Source of the DNA: Octopus sinensis
Taxonomy: Eukaryota
Assembly: GCF_006345805.1 (NCBI RefSeq)
Contig: NW_021831404.1
Location: 124,001 to 188,000, forward strand
Reading direction: 5' to 3'
DNA: 64,000 nt
Shown here: positions 1 to 56,979 of the stretch, piece after piece
How positions within the stretch are numbered: the stretch's first letter is position 1
Layout: each line of letters begins with the position of its first letter
The notes under the pieces: model-generated
The model's database searches: none
What the model saw: only the letters and a program-made list of their open reading frames with translations
What the model was told of the DNA's origin: nothing
Made by a program: the position numbers and the translations under genes

Positions 1-1103
1 TAATTTCCCTTATCCTTCAAATACAAAACTTGTGTATATCATAACTGAGGCCAGTGACCCCCGACTGGCTCCTGTGTCGGTGGCACGTAAAAAGCACTAT
101 CTGAACGTGATCAATGCCAAGGCCGCCTGACTGGCTCTGTGCCAGTGGCACATAAAAAATGTACCCACTACATTTTCAGAGTGGTTGGTGTTTGGAAGGG
201 TATCCAGCTGTAGAAACATTGCCAGATCGGATTAGAACCTGGTGCAGCCGCTGGTTTTCCAGACCTCAGTCAAACCGTCCAACCCATGCCAGCATGAAAA
301 ACAGACGTTAAATGATGATAATGATGTATACATGCAAAACGAAAGCAAAAGGTGGAGACTTTCAGTTGGTGAATGTTTATGCATAAATCATCATCATCGT
401 TTAACGTCTGCTTTCCATGCAAGCATGGGTTGGACGATTTGACGGAGGACTGGCGAACCAGATGGCTGCACCAGGCTCAAATCTTGATCTGGCAGAGTTT
501 CTACAGCTGGATGCCCTTCCTAACGCCAACTACTCCGAGAGTGTAGTGGGTGTTTTTACATGCCAGCGGCATGAGGGCCAGTCAGGCGGTACTGGCAACG
601 GGTCGCTCAAATGGTGTTTTTTACGTTCCACCTGCAGAGGAGCCAGACCAGCGGCAATGGCAACGACTTTGCTCGAATGTTTTTTCATGTGCCAGTAAAG
701 CAATGCTGGTAATGATCATGCTTGAATGATGCTATTTACGTGCCACTGGCACTGAAGCCAGTTTGCTGTTCTGGCGACAATCACGCTCAGCTGGTGCTCT
801 TAGCACTCCACTAGCACGAATGCCAGTCATCGAATTTGATTTTGATTTCACTTGCCTCAACAGGTCCTCGCAAGCAGAGTTTAGTGTCCAATGAAGGAAA
901 AGCACGCATAAGTGGGTTGGTTACACCCCTGGCATAGGCCACGAAGTTATGGTCTCAGTTGGCTTGCCAGGTCTTCTCAAGCACAAGATATTTCCAAAGG
1001 TCTCAATATATAGATGTTTATATTATTAGGTCCAACTTACACAGAGTATAAACGATAACGAGAATTAAAACAGTGGAAGAAAGGTGTTACACACGTATAT
1101 ATA

Positions 1104-1326
1104 CAGGATGCGGCAGAAGTAACGGCCTTTTGTATTTGAGTTTTCTAGTTCCAAATTGAGTTTCTTTTTTTATTTCCGAAAACTTCTGCATGTTTTTTTA
1201 TCAGTTTTTTATTTGTTTCTTTAAGTAATATAATAAATTTGTGTTTAATAAAAATTTACTTAATAAACATTTATATACTATAAAAGTTATTAAATGCAAA
1301 AAGGGTGTTACTTCTGCCGCATCTTG
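1104..1326. mobile_element. Tc1/mariner-type MITE
   Basis: TIRs caggatgcggcagaagtaac / gttacttctgccgcatcttg, flanked by TA. Confidence 0.75.
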
Positions 1327-1541
1327 TATATACATGGGGTTTCCACACAGTTTCCATCTACCATGTTAACTTACAAGGTATTGGTTGGACCAGGGCTAGA
1401 GAAAACACTTGCACACTATGGTATTGAACCCAGAACAACAGAGTTACAAAGCGAACATCTTAACCACATGTCCATGTCCACACCTTTCGGGAGGGAAAAG
1501 GGTTAAATAAAATAGAACCTTAGAATGGAAAGAATTCTCAC

Positions 1542-45092
<43,551 letters not shown>

Positions 45093-45631
45093 CGCTTCTC
45101 TGGCTTCAAGTAATAATTATATGTAATTATTATAAATATCAAAATATTCCTGTGTTGTTGGGTTAAGAGATGTTTGTGAAATAAAAATCAAAACAAGAGT
45201 CGTCGTTAAAATTTACTGTGTGAGTGTATATGTATATATTTATATATATTTATATATATATGTATGTGTGTAAATATAAAGATAGATAGATTGACTGATA
45301 TATAGTAAATATATATATGTGTACAGTATATAAATGTATTCCCGACCTTAATTATTATGAAAGTAGCAGTTTGGTTCGGACTGTAATGCGAACAAGTCAG
45401 CCACCAAAGAAAAAAGAGAGTGCTATGTATAAATATTGTGTATAAACACCCCCAAATGACGAATATATGTCGTCGTCTTAAAGTAAGGCGACTAAATGAG
45501 ATTTGATTCCGACGAACGGAAGTGGCAAACTTTAGAAAGAAGCAAAAAGGGAGATAAGTGCAATTAAGTTCCGAAGTTGATTTTTAGAATTACGTCCCTT
45601 TAGAAAGACCTTAGCAAATTTAAATGGTGAG
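45093..45631. promoter_or_regulatory. Putative ZZEF1 5'UTR/promoter region, possibly bidirectional
   Basis: Directly upstream of the start exon; visibly more CpG than the gene body; ETS motif CGGAAGTG at 45517-45524; plus-strand ATG|GTGAG at 45624-45631. Confidence 0.5.
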
Positions 45632-45714
45632 CCTGGGTTTCTTTCAAGTTGTCCATTCGACAGATAAATTTTTCCTCAAACTACGTTCTATTGTTTTACA
45701 ACAAAACATGCACT

Positions 45715-46160
45715 CTCTCTATCCGCTCAGTCGAAGTCGACTCTCGGTTACTCCATGGATCAGTGTCCTCCAGTCAGTTCTATCCCGGGCCGCTTCTTTC
45801 AGATTGGTTATGTCCATTCCGGTATCACTCTTGATGGTGTCAAGCCAGCGGGTTCTTGGTCGGCCTCTTCCTCTCTTGCCACTGACCATTCCGAGCATGA
45901 TGTCCTTCTCCGGGGATTTTCTCCGCATAATATGACCGAAATATGCCAATCTATGCTTGGTGATCCTAGCTTCTAGCGACATTTTCGGTCTTATCTGCTT
46001 AAGAACTTCTCCATTGGTGAGCCTCGCTGTCCATGGAATCCGCAAAAGTCTTCTCCAACACCAAAGCTCGAATGCATTAATTCTCTTCTGGTCAGCTTTC
46101 TTTAGTGTCCAGGTCTCGCATCCATATGTTGCTATTGGGAAGACAATTGCATTCACCAAT
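45715..46160 (-). mobile_element. 3' fragment of a BovB-like RTE LINE with an intact frame
   Basis: IVFPIATYGCETWTLKKAD..INAFELWCWRRLLRIPWTAR...GRPRTRWLD...HGVTESRLRL*. Confidence 0.9.
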
Positions 46161-46730
46161 GTGATCTGCTGTACACAATAACAGAAAATAATCTTAAAAT
46201 GTATATAATGCAGACAGTTAAATCTCTCCTCGAACAAAATTCTATCACTTTAAAACAAAACGTACACATACTAGATAATGTGATCCGCTGTACAGTATAC
46301 CAGAAAATAATCTTAAAAAGTAAGCTTAATTGGGAGGCCTCTCATGTCCATTCAACCGGCCACAAAGAGCAGCTACGTTCTTGTCATTAAAAAATCCTTC
46401 ACACTGGATAATGTGATATGCGGTACACTGTGCCATAAGATTCAAGCTTAACTGGAAATCCTGCCCCTTATATTGTCCGTGCGACCTGCTGCAAATAGCA
46501 GCTACATCTCACCTCAAATTACTTCCTACCGTCTTAAAAAATATATACACATTGGATAATGAGATCCGCGGTCCACTTAAAGAGTATAACAAGCAAACTT
46601 AACTGCGAAAATTATGGTGTCCATTCGAACTTCCACAAATAGCAGCTAACTCGCCCCAAAATACGTCCTGGTCTTTAAAAAAATCCCACACATTGAGATA
46701 ATGTGATCCTCAATGCACTATGCCGGGAAA
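46160..46730 (+). repeat. Degenerate tandem array (~5 units, 115-150 bp period)
   Basis: Recurrent gataatgtgatccgc(t/g)gtacac motif near 46160, 46275, 46407, 46554 and 46697. Confidence 0.6.
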
Positions 46731-47029
46731 ATAGACAGGGCGGTTATGGTTGGAATACCTTTGACCATAGGTACGCTTGAATAGGACTGGCTAGGAGTTA
46801 AACAATAACAACAGCATGAAAAAAGGGGGTTAAAACAATGTAAATAACGAGGCGGAGAGTTTGCAGTCGCTTTGCTTGAAAAAGCAGCTAAACGTTCCAG
46901 AAATTACTGCCGTTTATGTCGAAAGGAAAAAACAGAAAAGATATGTTGAATGATATAGATCTAGATATACGGTCTTAGTAATAGGCATTTAGTGGGTGTC
47001 CAACAAAACGCCTAGGAAAACAAACGAAA

Positions 47030-47420
47030 AGGGTCTTGTTTCATCAGGACAATGCTCCAGCACACAAGTCCTTGGTTTCAATGGACGTTGTGCGTGTCTT
47101 TCGCTTTGAACTAGTTTGTCACCCTTCCTACTCTTCTAAATATATGAAGTTAATTGTTATGGCCGGTCATAGAATGACCATTGGTTTTGCACCTATAAAG
47201 CACTGTGTGCATGGGAGAAGACCAAGCTGGTATGGTCGTATGATGCATATGGGTGAGGACAGCTGCATAAAGAAGGGCCGACCTGTAATGTGGGGAGAAC
47301 CTGTGGAAGAGACAGACCCGGGAAAATGTGGGACGAAATGGTGAGAAATGATCTTCAGATGTTGAATCTTACAGAGGACAGAGAACCTAGATTTCTGGCG
47401 ATTTGCTGTTTGACAAGATA
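47030..47420 (+). mobile_element. Adjacent mariner fragment and RTE 3' fragment
   Basis: FHQDNAPAHKS...ELVCHPSYS, then WYGRMMHM...GRDRPGKMWDEMV. Confidence 0.65.
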
Positions 47421-47952
47421 CGTCAAGCTGAGTAAAATCGTGGCCGTCTATACATACGGGCATGTCCTTTACGACCACGCACTCCTCACATACACATAAT
47501 TAGTTCACATACACATAATTGTTCTCATTGTTATGTCTTTTACTGCTTTTACTGTTTTGTTCTTACTGTCCTGTTCTTGTTACCACTTTCACTCTCTGCA
47601 AAAAATCCCAAATTTTATTTAATTTGCTTCGCGGGAAGGACTGTTTCAACAAAGTCGCATTTTGTCCTTACCTTCAGCGCGCGGAGTAGATGAAACAGGG
47701 ACAACTGAAGAAGGGGAATATTCCGTGTGTTGTATGTCGCGTTTCTCTGTTTTTTTCGTTGTTTGAAAAAAGTTCGTTTCTATGTTTTTGCTTCTTATGT
47801 TTTCGTTTATCATTGCGTTCAACGTTTTTTTGTACCCATATGTGTGTATGTATATATACATATATATGTAGGTATGTACATATATGTATGTATATATGCA
47901 TATATTTATATATTTTATATATATATATATAATATATATATATATATATTAT

Positions 47953-48009
<57 letters not shown>

Positions 48010-48248
48010 CTACAAAATTAGAGAATGGAGAAACATACTTAAATCAATAAAACATCAACTATCCGATGATACCCAATCAATACTTTAATACACCATTACA
48101 TATGAGTAAAGGCATTATATAAAATGAGATATACAGTAATAGTAAAAAGATAAAGAGATATAAGTAAAAAGTACCTATCTGGCAGTATATTGGATATATA
48201 TTATCCCATGGTGGGTTGAATTTTCAACCCCTATCTCATTTTATAACC

Positions 48249-48291
<43 letters not shown>

Positions 48292-49171
48292 ATATATATG
48301 TGTATGTATATATATATATATAAATGCGCATAATAAGGGATGACGTCTAAGTGGACATTCAATAGGCTAGAAGAAGATCACCAACGATCTAACCACAAAG
48401 AAAAGAATGTTCTCTAGAGAAATTCAGCAAACACCAGAACACAAGCGGGTAAGACAGATGAAAATATATGTTCTAGTGTTTGCTGAATTTCTCTAGAGAA
48501 CATTCTTTTCTTTGTGGTTAGATCGTAGGTGATCTTCTTCTAGCATATTGGATGTCCACTTAGTGGTCATCCCTTATTATGCGCATGTATTACAATTTTT
48601 TTGAATTTTCAGATTTTTCTATATTCTAGGTTACTGGTTTTAAATTGATGTTAATTAAATTAATATTCAATTTATCACCAACATTATTTAAATTATATAT
48701 ATAAATTTTTTTATAATTATTAGGGAAAATTAATTCCGAGTCCACAGTAATGAGACATTCAAATTAAAGGTACCAAATTGAACTTCTCTTAATATTTTAT
48801 TCATATATATAAAAAAGTATTTTTTAAATTTTTATTCATTAATTTGTAAAGTAAAATTATGTTCACGACTTTTAGTCAAATAATTTCAATTATCATAGAG
48901 TTACATAGGATGTAGATAGAGTAATAAATGTGTAAAATCCAGACCTGAAGATTGGGAATACGTCGATCTAATTGAGTATTGAAACTAGAGACATTATGTC
49001 TCAACAATACCGACGTACTGTCATGAAACACGCGTTGTCTTTAAAATGGAAAGTATGGGATTCTGAATAGATATAGTAAGTATTATTTTATTGCTCGGTC
49101 GGATATAATATCTTTCAATGCTGATTGAGTTTTGAGACTGGTTCTGTCTCTAAAACTACTTATATATATAT

Positions 49172-49204
<33 letters not shown>

Positions 49205-49656
49205 GGCGGTGCCCCAGCATGGCCACAGCTTGTGAGCTGAAACTAGATAAAAAAAGAAATATATATATATATATTCTCTGTTCGAAGATTATATTTACCT
49301 AGTTACAGTGGATGTATTCCACTGTAACTAGGTAAATATAATCTTCGAACAGAGACGGTCAGTAGCGACACCTGCGGGTCTGACTACGCTGCATTGATAA
49401 AGGGCAACAACCCTGAAACATGTCTGCAGCTGTCTGACTAGCAGGATGAAGCGGCTGACCCCCCCTATTCGAAGGTTTGTAATGGACGCAGGTTGTGTGT
49501 CAAATAGCTAGCTAGAGGCGGTGGCCTCTTGGAGCTAATCAGCGACAGCTTTAGTCTTATATTTATAAGACTGCCATATTAGTATGGCGATAACTATTAA
49601 TTTCCAGTAACGCTGCCGTAATCTCCTTTAGAGAGACTTAGTAATTTTAATATTTC

Positions 49657-49765
<109 letters not shown>

Positions 49766-51021
49766 ATGTATATATAATGTACGGGTGAATAGACAAACGA
49801 AAGAAAGAGGTACATATTTAGTAAGAGTTACATATTCAAAATGATTTGATTCTGCCACATGCACACATGCAGATGATCATCTAAATCATCATTTAACGTC
49901 CACTTTTCATGCTTGCATGGGTTGGGCGGTTTGACATGAAGCTGGCTAGCAGGGAACAGTCCGGGTTCCAACTGTCTGTTGTGATATGGTTTCTACGGCT
50001 GGATACCTTTACTAGCGCCAGCCACTTAACAGAATGTGCTGGTTGCTTTTTTACGTGTCACTGTCACAGGTGCGTTTACGCAGCACCGACATCTGAAAGG
50101 ACAATCGTTTGCGTACACGAATTTCTACTAATTTGATATGTGTGTGTGTGTGAGAGAGAGAGAGAGTGAGTGTGTGTGTTCTGTGGGCTTCTTTAAGAAG
50201 CCTAGCTGTTCAGGTTCAGGTTCAGGTATCTACCTCAGCTCGACGAGTTAGGTTTCAGTGAGAAACCTACAAAACTTTTGCATGGGGCTGAATCAAATTG
50301 CTTTAAACGATATAACAAATTAGCTAGGTGTTAAATAAGCACCTAAAAGATTAAAATAATTAAATTGAATTGAATTTATCATTAAATTATTTAATTGTTC
50401 AATTATTATTGTTTTGATTTCAATTTCTGCTTAATGTATGTAGGTATGTATGTATACTCTTTTACTTGTTTCAGTCATTTGACTGCGGCCATGCTGGAGC
50501 ACCGCCTTTAGTCGAGCAAATCGACCCCGGGATTTATTCCTTGTATGCCCAGTACTTATTCAATCGGCCTCTCTTTTGCCGAATCGCTAAGTGACGGGGA
50601 CATAAACACACCAGCATCGGTTGTCAATCAATGCTAGGGGGACAAACAGACACACAAAACATACATATATATATACATATATACGACGGGCTTCTTTCAG
50701 TTTCCGTCTACCATATCCACTCACAAGGCTTTGGTTAGCCTGAGGCTATAGTAGAAGACACTTGCCAAAAGTGCCACGGAGTGGGACTGAACTCGGAACC
50801 ATGTGGTTGGTAAGCAAGCGACTTACCACACAGCCACTCCTGCGCCTATATAATGTATATAATACATTAATGTTTGTTTTATGTACAGTTATAATAAAAG
50901 CAATTTTGTGTTAATCAGATAGGTTACTCTATACTTTTGTGGAGTACAACTTTTATTCTTATACAAGAATGCTATTGACAGTGCCTACACAGCAACAACA
51001 ACAACAACAAGCAAAGAAATG

Positions 51022-51329
51022 TGTTGTAATGTGACATCCTCATCCACTTGTATTTTATCGTCGGCACTGTAATATTCTTGTCGCCACTATTATCTTGTGA
51101 CAGTATTCCGCGTCATATTATCTTTGACTCGTCTATCGTGCTATCGCTGACACCTCCGCAAGACAATGACTTTGAAACGTTTACCTTGACGGTAACTCGA
51201 ACTCGTGTGTATATCACGTAATTGACACTGACTCCAACTAAGAACTCGTACAAACGACCATACTACTACTGATCTTCCACGACTGACTGTTTGACTTTAT
51301 AGTGGCTGAACGAGTCCGGAATTACAACA
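51022..51329. mobile_element. Possible solo LTR
   Basis: TG...CA ends with inverted repeat tgttgtaat / attacaaca; 5-bp flanks aaatg / caatg (one mismatch); CpG-rich interior. Confidence 0.5.
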
Positions 51330-51989
51330 CAATGACTAGCTTAAACTACTTACATTCTTTCGTGGAAAAAGAAAAGAAAAGGTGACACACCCAATGACTA
51401 AGAGCTTAAATATTGTCTAAGTACGTGGTGTAAATTGAATAATATTGAAAGCAACAAAAATACTGTCACGCCGTGTGCCTACCTGACTAAAGAAAAACGT
51501 CTACAGGTTTGTTTACAAAGGTGTACATGCATGAATAAATTCTAAACAATACCACAACCCCAAATTTAATCAATATAAATTTTTTCCTATACACCTTTCC
51601 ATAACAGCTCAAATTAAAAACCTAATTACCAACCCACTCAAATTCACGCACCCAAAGATGATTTTAACTCAACAGAGAATATATAAAGGTAATACTAATT
51701 CTAATGCATCGCAGTTTGGCGATGTCTTAGCTAAGTGAAACTTCTGTCTCCGTCAACAACATTCTTTTATGATGTGTGTGTATGTATGTGTGTGTGTGTG
51801 TGTGTATGTGTGTGTGTATTAACGATTAACAACAAATGTAATCTTTATTAGAATCACATAGGATCGGAACATCAGACAAATACAAAATATTGGATAAGTT
51901 CGAATGATTATAATAAAAATTTCCTTATATAATAAGTATTTTATTTAATAAAATAATTAATTTTAAAACTTTTCACTAGAACTTTTTTT

Positions 51990-52500
51990 TTAAAAAACAA
52001 AAACCGGCGATCCTTCGGTATAAGTACACACGTGACTTTGTTTACATTTCTGAAGATAACAGAAACCCTTTTCTCCCACCCTAACCCTAACACAAACCCT
52101 ACCCCCCCCCCATATATAAAAAAACACTTTCTTGAAATGTATCCGGTACTTATATACCGAAGTTACGCCCAAAAACCATAAACAGAAGGAAAAAAGGAAT
52201 ACAAAAAAGAAAAAAAAGAACCCGGCAGGCTATAAGGTCCAGCAGCTCGCTTTTCCTTTTCTCGATGATTAAGCTGGGTTACTAGCACCCACCTTTTTCA
52301 TCACATCCTTCCATCGTTGCTCATATTCACTCAGTGGCAGGGTCCTCCTCTCCAACCCCATCTTGCTCTTCAGATGGGGTATTTGAAGTAAGATAGCAAA
52401 CCGGGGCCAGAGACGAAGGACTCTGTCACAGAACCTTCCATTCTTGTTCTCCAAACACACTCTTTCAGTACTGCAACAGATGTCGTGTAATTACCTTCAT
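51990..52500 (-). mobile_element. 3' end of an L1/Tx1-like LINE
   Basis: C-terminal ...HLKSKMGLERRTLPLSEYEQRWKDV...* followed by a G/T-rich 3'UTR and an A-rich tail. Confidence 0.5.
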
Positions 52501-52605
52501 TAGCTTACTAAGAAGCAATGATATCAGTGTGAGTGCACGAGCCATAGCTTCTATGGAGCCATCAAAACAAAGAGTATGTTTATTTCGGAAAGCAGTTAAA
52601 TATGC

Positions 52606-53480
52606 AGGGTGCGGTGAATATATTGTCTAAATTACGCAAAAATGAAAATAACAGTGATATCTCATTTTAACAGATATATTTACCAAAATTACATAAAAAT
52701 ATCTTGAAATACTAAAGAGTAAATTCATTCAATAAAACAGCTATTGTCTTCAACCACAGCCTCCCAACGACTTTGGAATCTCCTGCAACTCTTCTGGATG
52801 ATCTCCTTGTTTTTAAGTAGGTGAATGCTGTCATAGTCTTTGTCTTCAGTTCAGCTTTGCTGTTACAAGGAGTTTTGGTTTGACCAACTGCGCCCCCACA
52901 CATAATAATTAAGGGGGGTTGCAGTCTGGGGAGTTAGGTAGCCAGATGTTAGGGGCAATGTAGTCACAGAAATTGTCTGACAGCCATGACTGGGTTCTCC
53001 TGCTTGTGTGGCTTGGTGCAGATTCTTGTTGCCAGACATAGGGTCTTCCAGCAGCCACCCTCTTGACCCAGGGCAGCACCACCTCTTCCAGGTGCTTGAC
53101 GTAAGCCTCCATGTTGAATCTGAGGACATGTGGGAAGATGGAGGCATAACATCGCCATCACTAGTGATCACTCCAAACACTATGATGTTGACAGATGTTT
53201 GATTTTTATCACTCTCAGTACATGTTTTGGGGACACGGCAAGCCAACGGTTGTTCAGTATTCACCATCTGTTCGTATTGGAGCTTCCAGTGCGAATGCCA
53301 ATCAGTACAGCATATTGTTTCCAAATTTCTAGCAGAGTGAATTGCCTCATGATGCTGTTTTTCTCACAGACGGTGCCCAATTGACCCTACCATACTGTGT
53401 AGTCGACAAAATGAAAAACAAACTATGCACATGCACGAAATTAAAAATATAAAATTGGATAATTTACCTATCAAACCCTG
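52606..53480 (-). mobile_element. Decayed Tc1/mariner-superfamily transposon
   Basis: VFGVITSDG, YVWQQESAPSH, WLPNSPDCNPLNYYVWG; cagggt... / ...accctg-TA termini. Confidence 0.85.
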
Positions 53481-56400
53481 TACATGTATACATTGAAAAT
53501 CAGAGAAAAATGTGAAACCGGTTAAATCTTTAAAAATTTGAAAGTAAAGAAAATCTAAATGAATCCCAGTGCATTTCCAACTTCTTTTTTTCTATATTTC
53601 TACTCATGCGGAATAAAATAACATTGTTTTCAATATATATATATCCTGTAAATAATTGTTGTTTGTTCCTTCTCAAGCCATGCCTGGCTAATAGGACCAG
53701 TTTTCTTGGCGTATAGGCTCCCCACCTGGATGGGACGCCGGTCCCTCGCAGCTGAGGTGCAAGATGCAGGAGGAAAGAGTGCGAAAGTTGTGGCAAAAGA
53801 GTCAGAAGTTCGCCATTACTTTCTGCCAGAACCACGTGGAGCTTGGGTGTTTTGCTCATAAAAACACACATCGCCTGGTCTGAGATTCGAACCCGCGATC
53901 CCTCAACCACTGTTCTAACCACTAGGCCATGTGTCTCCATGTGTAAATAATAATAACGGTATTTTTATATAAGCTTAAAGCTTATGGCAATCACCATGCG
54001 ACTAAGGAAAATAGTCTAATAAAGGAGCATATAAGCCCTCGACAGAAAAAAAGGCTTTCCTATCCACGTGGGAGTCGAACCTACATCCCTTTGTTAATGT
54101 GACTAAGTGTGTTACCTTCACCAGAAAATCAGCCTCCCTATTTCTGTCAAATTTAAGAACTATAATAGTTTGTGTTTGTTTCTATGTAAACAAACCTTCT
54201 ATATGCTTTTGGTGCAAATGGTTTTTTTATATGGTGCCGTTTTTATAATCTTGTAAATAATAATAATGGTATTTTTATACAAGCTTAAAGCTTATGGCGA
54301 TCACCATGCAATGACTAAGGAAAATAGTTTAATAAAGGAGTATATAAGCTCTAGACAGAAAAAAGGCTTTCCTATCCACGTGGGAGTCAAATTCACATCC
54401 CTTTGTTAACGCAACTGTGTTACCTTTACACTAGTGAATCAGCTTCCTCATTTCTGTCTAGACTATTTTCCTCAGTCCTTGCACAGTGATCGAGGGAAAT
54501 ATAATCTTAGTTGGAAACAGGTAAGAATTGGCAGCAGGAAGGACATCCAGCTGTAGAAAAATCCACTTCAACGATTTCCGTTTGATCCATGCAGACCCAG
54601 AAAACTGAAAATTAAAGTAAAAATGATGACCATGATAACCCCTAACCCTTTATCAAGCAAGGCCACAACTCAGCCTGTAAAGTTCTATGTTCTTTTCGAT
54701 GAGTTTAATTCCTGGACCAGACAAAACAGTGTGTCCCTTTGTAAGACACTTTGTTTCATGTTACCTCAACTATACAGTACTGGTTCAACCCTCCCTCCTT
54801 CCAGCTAACACATCCTGGATATTTCACTGGGTCAAAAGTAAAAGAGAAGAGAAAGTGTTTGTGCCTGCTCATGGCTACATAAACACTTAAACTAACTTAG
54901 ACTTTTGCTTTGTTAGATTTATTTTTAGACCCTTCATCATCATCATCATCGTTTAACGTCCGTTCTCCATGCTAGCATGGGTTGGACGGTTTGACCGGGG
55001 ATCTGGGAAGCCAGAAGGCTGCACCAGGCTCCGGTCTTATCTGGCAAAGTTTCTACAGCTGGATGCCCTTCCTAACGCTAACCACTCCGAGAGTGTAGTG
55101 GCTGCTTTTTACGTGCCACCTGCACTGGTGCCAGGCGAGGCTGGCATCGGCCACGGTTGGATTGGTGCATTTTACGTGCCACCTGCACGGAAGCCAGTCG
55201 AGGCGGCACTGGCTTCGGCCACGATTTGGATGGTGCTTTTTACGTGCCACCGACACTAAGATTTTGTTCCCAAGTTTGGAACTTTTCCTCTTATACTTTG
55301 ACTGATTTAGCTGAGAACCTAGGTTTGGAAAACTATGATAAACAGCAGAAGATTGAGAAGTGATCCCTGATAGAGATCTACCTTCAGGCTAAATTTTTTA
55401 TTAATTTTGTTAATAAACTTTTAATCCTTTAGCACTGAAACCTGCCATATCCAGCCAAAATATTCTACCTGCTTTATGTTCACACTGGCCAAATCTGGTC
55501 CCTCACACCAACCCTACAATGTCATTCCAAAAATAAATTTCCATGTCATCAGAATCTTGAAGCAAATATCCGTCAAATCTAAATAATTTATCTTATTTCA
55601 CCAACTATTTTCAGTATCTCGGTATCTATCCCCAATGGTCCAGCTGCTTTTCCAGCCTTCCTATCCTTAAATTACCCTTAGGATCAACTAACAGCTCCTT
55701 TCCATTGGATCTACATGAATTAGTCTGCTCCCACAGTATGTTCACCTCATACAGCAAATTCCTCTAAAAGCATATGAATGCCTATTTGTTACCAGTATCA
55801 GTGATGTAGACCATACCTCTGTCATTTCACAGTAGCATGTTTTTCATCAATGAATCTTGTTTCGTACTGCTATACATCTATCCTTGTTTATTGCGTGTGT
55901 TTGGTTCCAAATCATGTTAAATAGATCAGTGATAAATGAATAATAGATCGTATGGGGAAAATAGATTTCATTCCAAGATCCCCAAGTTTTGCTGAACATT
56001 GTTGATGGTCGCTGCATTGTGATTTTATGGTTGAAGTATGTGTATATGCAGATATAAGTATAACTGGCACTTCGTTGGTTATGGCAACAAGGCTTCGAGC
56101 TGTTCCAATCAGCAGAACAGTATGCTCATGAAATTAATGTGTAAGAGGCTGAGCATTCCACAAACATGTGTACCATTAATGTAACTCTGAGGGAGATCCA
56201 GGGTGACAGAAAATGGTAGCAGGTTGGCCCTTTGAAAAACAGGTAAAACTAATTTTTGTCAGCTGAGGGGACTGGAGGAATGTAGAATAAAGTGCCTTAC
56301 TCAAGGACACAAAAACACAACCAACTAGGAATTGAACTCATGATTCATGAGGTGAATATCGTAACGACTAAGCCACACACCTTCACACTATACACACACA

Positions 56401-56569
56401 CACACACAGAGGAATGGCTGTGTGGTAAGTAACTTGATTACCAACCACATGGTTCCGGGTTCAGTCCCACTACGTGGCACCTTGGGCAAGTGTCTTCTAC
56501 TATAGCCTCACGCCAAGCAAAGCCTTGTGAGTGGATTTGGTAGACAGAAACTGAAAGAAGCCTAGCATA

Positions 56570-56619
<50 letters not shown>

Positions 56620-56945
56620 CTGTGTCTGTCCTCCCAACATCGCTTGACAACCGATGTTGGTGTGTTTATGTCCCCGTAACTTAGCGGTTCAGCAAAAGAG
56701 ACAGATAGAATAAATACTAGGCTTATAAAGAATAAGTCCTGGAGTCAAATTGTTTGACTAAAGGCGGTGCTCCAGCATGGCTGCATTCAAATGGCTGAAG
56801 CAAACAAAAAGAATAGACTTGTTTTATTTATATTTCCTGAGTGCCATACTAATATAATTGTTTGTTTGTATTCCACCTGCCTTCGTCTTTTGTTTATTTC
56901 CGTAAACCTGCCTTCGTCTTTTGTCTATTTTCATAAAGCTTCCCG

Positions 56946-56979
<34 letters not shown>

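Noticed and set aside
47700-47730. Hammerhead at CTGAAGAAGGGGAATATTCC
   Set aside because: No GAAA or stem III follows stem II.
55925-56035. Plus-strand exon (atag|...GAA|gtatgt)
   Set aside because: Stops in all frames, a weak acceptor and no supporting partner exon.
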